From contig CAWFJJ010000008.1 of NCBI GenBank assembly GCA_963816185.1, positions 343,010 to 407,009 of the forward strand: 64,000 nucleotides of DNA, in the 5' to 3' direction. Below are positions 10,713 through 19,374 of the stretch, piece by piece. The position numbers and the translations under genes were made by a program. Origin of the DNA: Thermoanaerobaculia bacterium (GTDB lineage Bacteria > Acidobacteriota > Thermoanaerobaculia > UBA5066). How positions within the stretch are numbered: position 1 is the first letter of the stretch; every line of letters begins with the position of its first letter. The notes under the pieces are model-generated. The model was given only the letters and a program-made list of their open reading frames with translations. It ran no database searches and was not told where the DNA came from.

Positions 10713-11860
10713 AGGCCCTGAGCCGCTGGAAAGTCGGTGAAGCGGTCGAGCGCGGCCTTCCACTCGAGGCGCGTCGCGCGGAAGCGCCTCTCGCACTCGC
10801 GCATCTGACGGCGGATCTCCCGCATCGTCTCGGACGGCGGGCGCTGTCCCTTCCGTTTCGCGGCCTTCACCTCACAGTGGCGGGCATAGGCCTCTTTCCA
10901 GAGGTTCAACGTCTCCTCCATTCGGGCGCGCGCTTGCTCGGCACGGGCGCGCAGGTCGTCCGCGATAGCGGCGGGAACGCGCGCGAGCCGCGCTTCCGTT
11001 CCGGCGGTCGCGACCTTCAGCCTCGCGTTCTCGACGAGCGGCGGCGGTGTCACGCGCAGGTTGCGCGCGAGGTGCGTCGCCCGGAAAGACTGGATGAGCC
11101 ACTTGTTCGGATCCCAGTGGTACCAGCGGATGCCGTTCCGGAAGTCGGAAGGAAAGGCGTGGTGGAAGTTGTGGAAGCCCTCGCCGTGCGTGAAGAACGC
11201 GAGAAACCAGTTGTCGCGGGCCGTGTTCTCCGTCGAGTACGGCCGCGCGCCCCACATGTGCGCGAGGGAATTGATGAAGAACGTCGTGTGGTGGATGAGG
11301 ACGATGCGCAGGAAGCCGCCCCACAGGAGGCCGCCGAGAGGATGCCCGAAGAACGCCCCCACGAGCGTCGGAAGGCCGAGGCCGACGCCGATGCCGATCA
11401 CTTTCGAGAAGCGGTGCTGCCACATGACCCGGGGGTTGCGCTTGAGATCGGGCACGGTGTCGAAATTCCGCTCCGGCCCCTGCTTGTAGAAGATCCAGGC
11501 GATGTGCGCCCAGAGGAAGCCGCGCTTGATGTTGTAAGGGTCGCGGTCCGTGTCGACGAAACGGTGGTGCTCGCGGTGGTCGCGCGCCCACTGGAGGGCC
11601 GAGTTCTGCAGGGCCATCGCCCCGAAAAAGAGCATGACCGATTCGACCGCAGGGTGGCATTCGTAAGCGCGGTGCGCGAAATACCGGTGGTAGCCCGAGC
11701 CGATCGAAAGTCCGATCGCAAAGAAGAGCGTCAGGCAAAGCGCCGGCTCCCACCACTGCACGCCGAAGCGCGAAGCGTAGAGGATCGTTCCCCCGATCCC
11801 CACGACGGGAGAAAGCGCGAGAAAGAGAATGTTCGTCCAGTCTTTCCGGGGGTGTTCCAT
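10709..11860 (-). CDS. Membrane fatty-acid (delta-9 type) desaturase
   Basis: His boxes HRYFAH, HREHH, HNFHH; transmembrane N-terminus. Confidence 0.92.
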   Translation of the reverse strand: MEHPRKDWTNILFLALSPVVGIGGTILYASRFGVQWWEPALCLTLFFAIGLSIGSGYHRYFAHRAYECHPAVESVMLFFGAMALQNSALQWARDHREHHRFVDTDRDPYNIKRGFLWAHIAWIFYKQGPERNFDTVPDLKRNPRVMWQHRFSKVIGIGVGLGLPTLVGAFFGHPLGGLLWGGFLRIVLIHHTTFFINSLAHMWGARPYSTENTARDNWFLAFFTHGEGFHNFHHAFPSDFRNGIRWYHWDPNKWLIQSFRATHLARNLRVTPPPLVENARLKVATAGTEARLARVPAAIADDLRARAEQARARMEETLNLWKEAYARHCEVKAAKRKGQRPPSETMREIRRQMRECERRFRATRLEWKAALDRFTDFPAAQGL

Positions 11861-11927
11861 GCCGTGATCTTACCCCGCGCCTCGACGCATTCCGCAAATA
11901 AGAATCAGTCTCGTTAAGTGCGCCGGA

Positions 11928-13277
11928 TCACGTCGCGAGGCCGAACTTCTCGATCCGGTAGCGGATCTGGTCGCGGTTGAGGCCGAGCAGCTTTCCCGCC
12001 TTCGTCTGATTGCCGCCGCTCCTCTTCAGAGCCTGCGCGACGAGGTCGCGCTCGAGCTGCTCCAGATCGAGACCGCCCGCCGGGAGCCGAAAGCCCGCGG
12101 ACAGCGGCGACGGCGCGAGCGCGAGGACGTCCTCCCGCTCGAGGAGGTCGTGCTCCGCGAGGAGGACGGCGCGCTCGAGCACGTTCCGGAGCTCGCGGAC
12201 GTTGCCGGGCCACGGATACGTCTCGAGCGCGGCACGGGCGTCCGGCACGAAGCCGCGTATCGATTTCTTGAATTCGCGATTGAAGCCGTCGACGAAATGG
12301 CTCGCCAGAAGCATCACGTCCCCGTCCCGTTCCCGGAGGGGCGGGAGCTCGACGGGCAGGACCCGGAGACGATAGTAGAGGTCTTCGCGAAAGCGTCCTT
12401 CGCGGACCGCGTCTTCGAGGTTGCGATTCGTCGCGGCGATGACGCGCACGTCGACATGCAGGTCGGCGGAGCCGCCGACGCGCCGGAAAGCCTTCTCCTC
12501 GAGAAAGCGAAGGAGCTTGGCCTGCAGAACGGGTGCGAGCTCGCCGATCTCGTCGAGGAAGGCGCTCCCGCCGTCCGCCTGCTCCAGAAGGCCCTTTTTC
12601 TGCCCCTTGGCGTCCGTGAAGGCGCCCTTCTCGTGCCCGAAGAGCTCGCTTTCGAGGAGAGTCTCGGGAATGGCGGAGCACGTGATGTTGAGGAAGGGAC
12701 CGGCCGCGCGCGCGCTGCCGAAATGGACCGCCTTGGCGGCGAGATCCTTTCCCGTTCCGCTCTCACCCGTCAGGAGGACCGTCGAGGACGGGCTCGCCGC
12801 GATCTTCCGGAGCAGGGACTTCACACCTTGCATCGGGGCCGACTCGCCCACGATCCGGTCGAACCCGTACGGCGCGGACTCGCGCGCGCGCAGCGTGCGC
12901 ACCTCGCGCATCAAACGCGTCGTCTCGAGGGCCTTCTCGACGAGAAGAACCATCTCCTCGAGCTCGACCGGCTTGTTCACGTAGTGGTAGGCGCCCAGCT
13001 TGATCGCCTCGATCGCGCTCGGCACGCTCGCATACGCCGTCAGAAGGATGACGACGATGTCTTCTCTGAGCTCCTTGATCTTCGGGATCAGCGAGACGCC
13101 GTCCGTGTCGGGCAGGCGGAAGTCGAGGATCACGAGGTCGACGTCGCGGCACCGTTGAAGGGCTTCCGCGCCGTCCTCGGCCTCGAGGACCTCGTATCCG
13201 GCGGCTTCGAGTCGTTGGCGGAGCGACCAGCGGATCAGCTTCTCGTCATCGACGATGAGGATCCGGACCGGCGCCAC
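11928..13277 (-). CDS. Sigma54-dependent response regulator (NtrC/AtoC family)
   Basis: REC, GESGTGKD, ELFGHEKGAFTDA, WPGNVREL, HTH. Confidence 0.93.
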   Translation of the reverse strand: MAPVRILIVDDEKLIRWSLRQRLEAAGYEVLEAEDGAEALQRCRDVDLVILDFRLPDTDGVSLIPKIKELREDIVVILLTAYASVPSAIEAIKLGAYHYVNKPVELEEMVLLVEKALETTRLMREVRTLRARESAPYGFDRIVGESAPMQGVKSLLRKIAASPSSTVLLTGESGTGKDLAAKAVHFGSARAAGPFLNITCSAIPETLLESELFGHEKGAFTDAKGQKKGLLEQADGGSAFLDEIGELAPVLQAKLLRFLEEKAFRRVGGSADLHVDVRVIAATNRNLEDAVREGRFREDLYYRLRVLPVELPPLRERDGDVMLLASHFVDGFNREFKKSIRGFVPDARAALETYPWPGNVRELRNVLERAVLLAEHDLLEREDVLALAPSPLSAGFRLPAGGLDLEQLERDLVAQALKRSGGNQTKAGKLLGLNRDQIRYRIEKFGLAT

Positions 13278-13327
13278 GCGCGCATTCTAGACGGGGGATG
13301 AGACTGCGTATCACTCGTTCCCCGGCG

Positions 13328-14221
13328 TCAGGGCATCATGCCCTGACCCATGCCGCGCCCGCCGTTCATCATGTTCCCCATGACGACGTAGCCGTCGTTC
13401 GTGGCGTTGTCGTTGACGACCGCGTAGGACATGACCATCCCCGTCGAGCCCGGGTTCAGCCGGACCCGGACCTGGAGGCCCGTGTCTCCGGCGCCGAAAC
13501 GCGAATGGATGTTCGCGAGCACGTCATTGAACTGATGGGAGGAATAGCCGTTGATCTGGAACGGGAGGCTCGTCGCGCCCGTGCCCGATGGCGCCGACCC
13601 GTCAGAATCCAGGACCTCCACGACTCCGTTGACGGTCGAGGAGTTCGTGTTCACGACGCTCACGTTGACGCGGTTCCCGGGCTCCGGGAGCAGACCCAGC
13701 ATGTACATCGCGAAGTCGTCCATTCCGAACGAGCCGCCCATCATCGGCATCGACTGGAGCGACATCGTCGACGGCATTCCCATGAACGACAGGCCGTAGG
13801 CGCCGCCACCCCCGTTGTTGTACACACGGACGACGGCGGAAACCGGCGCTCCGGCGACGATTCGGATGTTCCCGGCGCCCGTCGAGACGCCGAACGTCGC
13901 CGAGAGGACGTCGGGCAGATACGTTACCGGTTTCGTCAGCGTGATCGGAACCGTCACGGCGGGCGAGGCGCTTGCCGCGTCCGCCGTGTGGAATTCGAGC
14001 GTTGCAGCAACCGGCACGATCTGGCAGCGGATCCAGAGATCCGTCTGGAAGAACGCGCCGTTCTTGCCTTCGACGCGGATGCCGGCGGGAACGACGATCG
14101 AAGACGACATCCCGTCGAAAGGTCCGTTCTGCATGCCGCCGGTCTGGGCCGCGGCCGGAAGGAAGGACCCCAAGAGAAGAAGCGGGAAGATGCGGCTGAT
14201 GGTGCGAGAGAGAGACGTCAT
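13328..14221 (-). CDS. Exported hypothetical protein with Met-rich segments
   Basis: Signal peptide; MGMPSTMSLQSMPMMGG and MGNMMNGGRGMGQGMMP; GGGG RBS. Confidence 0.75.
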   Translation of the reverse strand: MTSLSRTISRIFPLLLLGSFLPAAAQTGGMQNGPFDGMSSSIVVPAGIRVEGKNGAFFQTDLWIRCQIVPVAATLEFHTADAASASPAVTVPITLTKPVTYLPDVLSATFGVSTGAGNIRIVAGAPVSAVVRVYNNGGGGAYGLSFMGMPSTMSLQSMPMMGGSFGMDDFAMYMLGLLPEPGNRVNVSVVNTNSSTVNGVVEVLDSDGSAPSGTGATSLPFQINGYSSHQFNDVLANIHSRFGAGDTGLQVRVRLNPGSTGMVMSYAVVNDNATNDGYVVMGNMMNGGRGMGQGMMP

Positions 14222-14267
14222 CGGGGCCCCTTAGCGATTTCTTGAGATCGAGCGACGCGTCGAGTTC

Positions 14268-14690
14268 TCATTTTGGCGAAAGCTCTTCGCCGACGAGACG
14301 GACCATGCGGTCAAAGTCGAACGGCTTCGTCACGAAATGCGCTGCGCCGAGCGCCGCCGCTTTCTCGACCGAACCGGGCGAGTCGTAGGCCGTCATGAGG
14401 ATGACCGGGCAGGACGGGCGGTCTTTCTTCACACGCTCGAGGACCCCGAGGCCGTTCAAGCCGGGCAAGGAGAGGTCGAGGAGCACGAGGCTGACGGACT
14501 CTTTAGAGACGACGTCGAGCGCGTCGGGCCCCGACTCGGCTTCGAGGACCGCGTAACCCGCGGCCGCGAGCTTCTCGCGGAGCGACCAGCGGATGAGGCT
14601 TTCGTCGTCCACGACGAGGATCACGGGTCTGCCAGATTCCCCGTCGGTGGCCACGCCGGCCGTCGCCTGGCTTCGATCTTCGCCGCGCAT
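14268..14690 (-). CDS. Single-domain response regulator
   Basis: ILVVDDE, LLDLSLPG, ILMTAY, KPFD. Confidence 0.88.
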   Translation of the reverse strand: MRGEDRSQATAGVATDGESGRPVILVVDDESLIRWSLREKLAAAGYAVLEAESGPDALDVVSKESVSLVLLDLSLPGLNGLGVLERVKKDRPSCPVILMTAYDSPGSVEKAAALGAAHFVTKPFDFDRMVRLVGEELSPK

Positions 14691-14713
14691 CAAAGTGCCT
14701 TATCCTGCCGGCG

Positions 14714-15838
14714 ATGACGGACGAAGGGGCCGGAAGCCGCGAGCTCCGCGACATCATCTACGCCCTGGACCAGTCCGCGATCGTCGCGCGGACGGACCAG
14801 CACGGCATCATCAACTACGTCAACGACAAGTTCTGCGAGATCTCGAAGTACTCCCGCGAAGAGCTGCTCGGGCAGGACCACCGAATCATCAATTCCGGCT
14901 ACCACCCGAAGGAGTTCATCCGGGAGCTCTGGCGCACGATCGCGATGGGACGGATCTGGCGAGGCGAGCTCCGCAATCGGGCCAAGGACGGGACCATCTA
15001 CTGGGTCGACACGACGATCGTGCCGTTCCTGGGCGACGACGGGAAGCCCTTCCAGTACCTGGCGATTCGCGCGGACATCACGGACCGGAAGAGAGCCGAG
15101 GAGGAGCTCCGGCTGGCGCATGAGGCCTTGAAGGAGCAGGCGACCCTCGCGAGCCTCGGAGAGATGGCGGCGATCGTCGCCCACGAGGTCAAGAACCCTC
15201 TCGCCGGCATCGGCGGCGCGCTGCAGGTCATCCGGGACCGCCTGCCGCCGGACCACCCCGACCGGCAAATCTTCGGCGAGATCCTGGCCCGTCTCGGAGG
15301 GCTGAACGCGCTCGTCCGCGACCTCCTCGTCTTCGCACGACCGCGGGCTCCGCACCTCGAACCGATCCAGATCGCACCGTTGCTCGCGGAGATCGTGGCC
15401 GAGCTCCGCCGCGATCCGGCTTTCCGGGACCTGAAGATCGAAATCGAAGGCGACAATCCCTGGATCCGCGGGGACACGGAGCTCCTCCGTAGCGTTTTTT
15501 TCAATCTCGCCCTGAACGGCGCACAGGCCGCGGGGCGAACGGGCACGCTGCGTGTCGTCACGGCCGCGCAGAACGTGCATTGCGACGTCTCTCTGACCGA
15601 CTCTGGCCCGGGCATTTCGGAGGAGATTCGAGCCAAGGTCTTCGATCCATTTTTCACGACGAAGCATCGGGGAAGCGGGCTGGGCCTCCCGGTCGCGAAG
15701 CGCGTCGCGGAAGCTCACGGAGGCCGGATCCTCCTGACGAGCCCGCCGGAGGGCGGCACGGTTGCGATCGTCCGCCTGCCTCTGCTCGCGCAGGGCTCTG
15801 CCGGAAGGTCTCATGGATCTGGCTCCGATCGACGCTGA
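14714..15838 (+). CDS. Cytoplasmic PAS-domain histidine kinase
   Basis: PAS/PAC (INYVNDKFCEISKYS...YWVDTTI), AHEVKNPL H-box, FFTTK..GSGLGL. Confidence 0.92.
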   Translation: MTDEGAGSRELRDIIYALDQSAIVARTDQHGIINYVNDKFCEISKYSREELLGQDHRIINSGYHPKEFIRELWRTIAMGRIWRGELRNRAKDGTIYWVDTTIVPFLGDDGKPFQYLAIRADITDRKRAEEELRLAHEALKEQATLASLGEMAAIVAHEVKNPLAGIGGALQVIRDRLPPDHPDRQIFGEILARLGGLNALVRDLLVFARPRAPHLEPIQIAPLLAEIVAELRRDPAFRDLKIEIEGDNPWIRGDTELLRSVFFNLALNGAQAAGRTGTLRVVTAAQNVHCDVSLTDSGPGISEEIRAKVFDPFFTTKHRGSGLGLPVAKRVAEAHGGRILLTSPPEGGTVAIVRLPLLAQGSAGRSHGSGSDRR

Positions 15839-15848
15839 CTTCCAGAGG

Positions 15849-16403
15849 TCAGACACCCGCAGCCATCGCTTCGACGGCTGAATGAGGGCTCGCGAACGAG
15901 GCCGGGTTCCGCCGGGGTTCTTGCCGATCGACCCACCCGCGCCTGAGCGCGAGGGCCACGATCTCGACCTGACTGTGGACTTCGAGCTTCCTCAGGGCGT
16001 TCTGAATGTGATTTCGGACCGTCGCGTGCGACAGGTTCAGACGCGCCGCGATGTTGAGGGCCGCCCACCCGTCGGCGAGGAGCGCGACGATCTCGTGCTC
16101 CCGTTTCGACAGGGGACAGGAACCGGCCTTCGAAGCCGTGGGATTCAGAATGTAGACCGTCCTCTCGGCGCGTGGCACGGCGCCCGGGATCCTGAGCGCG
16201 GCCGAGTGCGCGAGCGTCTCCATGGCTTCGCCCGAGAGCACCGAGCCCAAATCGGATCCCAGCGCCTCTTTCCTGCTGACGCCGAGCAGCCGCTCGGCGG
16301 CCGGGTTCAAGAAGACGACGCGACGCTTCCCGTCGGTCGCGATCGCGGGCGGCTCGTTGAAAGACGAGGCTTCCGGAAGGCCGACGGCGTGATTCGTTTT
16401 CAT
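15849..16403 (-). CDS. PAS-like + LuxR HTH transcriptional regulator
   Basis: AAGGAG RBS before ATG 16403; VVFLNPAAERLLG; LSKREHEI...TVRNHIQNALRKL. Confidence 0.85.
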   Translation of the reverse strand: MKTNHAVGLPEASSFNEPPAIATDGKRRVVFLNPAAERLLGVSRKEALGSDLGSVLSGEAMETLAHSAALRIPGAVPRAERTVYILNPTASKAGSCPLSKREHEIVALLADGWAALNIAARLNLSHATVRNHIQNALRKLEVHSQVEIVALALRRGWVDRQEPRRNPASFASPHSAVEAMAAGV

Positions 16404-16431
16404 GTGGGCTCTCCTTGGAAACATCGAGAGC

Positions 16432-16446
16432 GCAAGGGAGATGCCA
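16432..16446 (-). promoter_or_regulatory. Sigma54 promoter for the LuxR gene
   Basis: Minus strand TGGCATCTCCCTTGC, near-consensus -24/-12. Confidence 0.7.
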
Positions 16447-16537
16447 GCGAAAAACAAGGGTTTTTCGGTTTCTTGGCGCGGACTTTTTCGCAGTGACGCG
16501 GAATCTTTCGCGTCCGGAAATGGCCCCCCATTTTCTC

Positions 16538-16552
16538 TGGCACTCGTTTCGC
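16538..16552 (+). promoter_or_regulatory. Sigma54 promoter for the disulfide reductase operon
   Basis: TGGCACTCGTTTCGC with GG-N10-GC spacing, about 30 nt before ATG 16584. Confidence 0.6.
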
Positions 16553-16583
16553 ATCATTTCCACGACCGGGGAAGGACAGGAAA

Positions 16584-17993
16584 ATGAAACCGCGTTCGGC
16601 CGGACTGCCGTCGGCGCCCGGACCTCCTCTCGACGTCGTGATCATCGGCGCGGGCCAGGCTGGCATTCCTCTCGCGCACGCGCTCGCGAAAGCGGGAAAG
16701 AGCGTGGCGATCGTGGAGCGGAAGGATCTCGGGGGCTCGTGCGTCAACTTCGGCTGCACGCCGACGAAGGCCGTGATCGCATCGGCGCGCGCCGCTCATC
16801 TCGCCCAGCGCGGAGCCGTCTTCGGCCTCAGGATCCCGAAGGTCGAGATCGACTTCCCCGCGGTCCTCGACCGCGCGCGCAGCATTCTGATGGACTCGCG
16901 GGCAAGCCTCCGGCGCGGTTTCGAGAAATCCGGTAACCCGCGGCTCGTGCGCGGCCACGCCCGGCTCGAGGGACGCGAGGACCAGCTCTTCAAGGTTCGA
17001 ATCGGGAGGGAGATCTTGCGCGGGCGCCAGGTCGTGCTCGACACCGGCACGCGGAGCGACCTCGGATCGATCGCCGGCCTCAAGAGCGTCCCGTTCCTGC
17101 ACGCGAGCAACTGGCTCGACCAGGACGAGCTGCCGCGTCACATTCTCTTCGCGGGGGGCGGCTACATCGCGCTCGAGATGGGGCAGTTCTACCGGCGCAT
17201 GGGATGCCGGGTGACGATCGTCGATGGCGGGGACCAGATCCTCAAATCGGAGGATCGGGACATCGCCGAGAGGCTCCAGCACCTTCTGGAGTCGGAGGGG
17301 ATCCAGTTCCGCCTGAACTGCCGCGTCACGCACGTGCGCGAGCGGCGGCACGACCTCGCGGCGACGGTCGAAAAAGAAGATGCCCGCGAGGTCTTCTCGG
17401 CGTCCCACCTCTTCATCTCCGCCGGGCGCCGCGCGAACACGGACGATCTCGGGCTCGAGACCGTCGACCTGAAACCCGACGAGCAGGGAGTTCTCGCGGT
17501 CGACGAAAGGCTCGCCACTCTCGTGCCGGGAATCTGGGCCGCCGGCGACATCCGGGGCGGGCCGATGTTTACGCACACCGCATGGGACGACCACCGCATC
17601 CTCCTCTCGCAGCTCGCTGGCGACGGGAAGCGCACGACCCGGCGCATCGTCCCTTATGCCGTTTACACCGATCCGGAGCTCGGCCGCGTCGGCGCGACCG
17701 AGGAGGAGCTGCGCAAGGCCGGACGCGACATCCGGGTCGGCCGCTTCGAGATGCGCGGGAACGGAAAGGCGCGCGAGCGGTCGGAAACGCGAGGCTGCAT
17801 CAAGGTCGTCACGGACGCGAAGACGGAAAAGCTTCTCGGCGCGGCCGTGCTCGCGTCGGACGGCTCCGAGCTCGTGCACGTCTACGTCGCGCTGATGAAC
17901 GCGGACGCGTCCGCGAGCGTCCTTCGCGACGCCATCCAGATCCACCCGACTCTCTCCGAAGCCCTGCAAAGCGCCGTCGAGACCCTGGCATGA
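16584..17993 (+). CDS. Class I pyridine nucleotide-disulfide oxidoreductase (MerA-like/RclA-like, no C-terminal Cys pair)
   Basis: IIGAGQAG, GGSCVNFGCTPTK redox CxxxxC, GGGYIALE, HPTLSE. Confidence 0.88.
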   Translation: MKPRSAGLPSAPGPPLDVVIIGAGQAGIPLAHALAKAGKSVAIVERKDLGGSCVNFGCTPTKAVIASARAAHLAQRGAVFGLRIPKVEIDFPAVLDRARSILMDSRASLRRGFEKSGNPRLVRGHARLEGREDQLFKVRIGREILRGRQVVLDTGTRSDLGSIAGLKSVPFLHASNWLDQDELPRHILFAGGGYIALEMGQFYRRMGCRVTIVDGGDQILKSEDRDIAERLQHLLESEGIQFRLNCRVTHVRERRHDLAATVEKEDAREVFSASHLFISAGRRANTDDLGLETVDLKPDEQGVLAVDERLATLVPGIWAAGDIRGGPMFTHTAWDDHRILLSQLAGDGKRTTRRIVPYAVYTDPELGRVGATEEELRKAGRDIRVGRFEMRGNGKARERSETRGCIKVVTDAKTEKLLGAAVLASDGSELVHVYVALMNADASASVLRDAIQIHPTLSEALQSAVETLA

Positions 17994-19299
17994 ACGCGAA
18001 GGGCGAAGCGGACGTTCTCTCCGAAGCCGAGCTCGACCGGCTCCAGAAGAACGCGTTCGCCTACTTTCTCCACGAGACCCACGTGGCGAGCGGCCTCGTG
18101 AGGGACAGCACGCACGACGGCTCCCCGTCCTCGATCGCCGCCGTCGGGCTCGCGTTGACGGCTTATCCGGTCGGGGTGGAGCGGGGATTCATGGACCGCG
18201 ACGAAGCCGCCGCCCGGACCCTCACGACACTCCGGTTCCTGACGAACGCCCGGCAAGGCGAGGAGAAAGACGCCACGGGCTGCCGCGGATTCTTCTACCA
18301 CTTCCTCGACATGGGCTCGGGGCGCCGCGCGTGGGACTGCGAGGTTTCCACGATCGACACGGCATACTGCTGGCCGGCGCGCTCGTCGCGGCGGCCTATT
18401 TCGACGGCGAGAAGAGGGAAGAGCGCGCCATCCGGGAGACCGCCGATGCGCTCTACCGCCGATGCGACTTCACGTGGGCGCTGAACGGCGGTTTCCTTCT
18501 CTCGCACGGCTGGAAGCCCGAGGGAGGGTTTCTGAAGCGCTGCTGGACCGGATACAGCGAGGCTCTCGTGCTCTACCTCCTCGCATTGGGATCTCCGACG
18601 CATCCGATCCCTCCGAAGAGCTATGCCGCGTTCACGTCGACCTACCTTTTCCGAAAGCTCTACGGAATCGACTACCTCCACGCGTCGCCGCTCTTCATCC
18701 ACCAGCTCTCCCACGTATGGGTCGATTTCCGCGGCATCCGCGACGCCCCGATGCGCGCGCGGGGCCTCGACTACTTCGAGAACAGCGCCCGCGCGACACG
18801 GGTCCAGAGGCTCTATGCGATCCGGAATCCGAAACGCTTCGCCGGCTACGGGGAGAGCTGCTGGGGAATCACGGCGAGCGAGGGGCCGGGCCCCGCGACC
18901 CTCGACATCGAGGGAGTGACGCGCCGCTTCTATGACTACGTCGCGCGCGGCGTCCCGAACGGGCCCGACGACGGCACCCTCGCGCCGTGGGCGGTCGTGG
19001 CGTCGATCCCGTTCGCTCCCGAGATCTCGATGCCGGCGATCGCCCGCATGCACGAGCTGGGCGTCGGGCAGGGACCCTACGGGTTCGAAGCCACATTCAA
19101 CCCGACGTTCCCGACCGACTCGAAAGACCCGTGCGGATGGGTGTCGCCGTACAACTTCGGTCTCAACGACGGTCCGATCCTCCTCATGATCGAGAACCAT
19201 CGGACGGGATTCGTCTGGGACCTGATGCGGCGCTGCCCGTATCTCGTGCGCGGCCTGAAGCGCGCGGGTTTCCAGGGAGGATGGCTAGGTCCGCGTTAG
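17990..19299 (+). pseudogene. Glycoamylase/DUF3131 (GH144-like) family protein with a frameshift near 18367
   Basis: SIAAVGLAL...GFFYHFLD...EVSTIDTAY continues in the next frame as LLAGALVAAAYF...PLFIHQLSH...MIENHRTG; one missing C in TAC(C)TG. Confidence 0.8.
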
Positions 19300-19374
19300 C
19301 GCACTTTGCGGAGTCGCGAGGACTCCGGTATGTTCCCGGCGGCCAAGAGTCCCACCGAAACGACAGGGACCGGC

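Noticed and set aside
16584-17993. Calling this gene merA or the glycine-cleavage L protein
   Set aside because: No C-terminal Cys pair or mer genes, and it lies 18 kb from gcv; only the family call is supported
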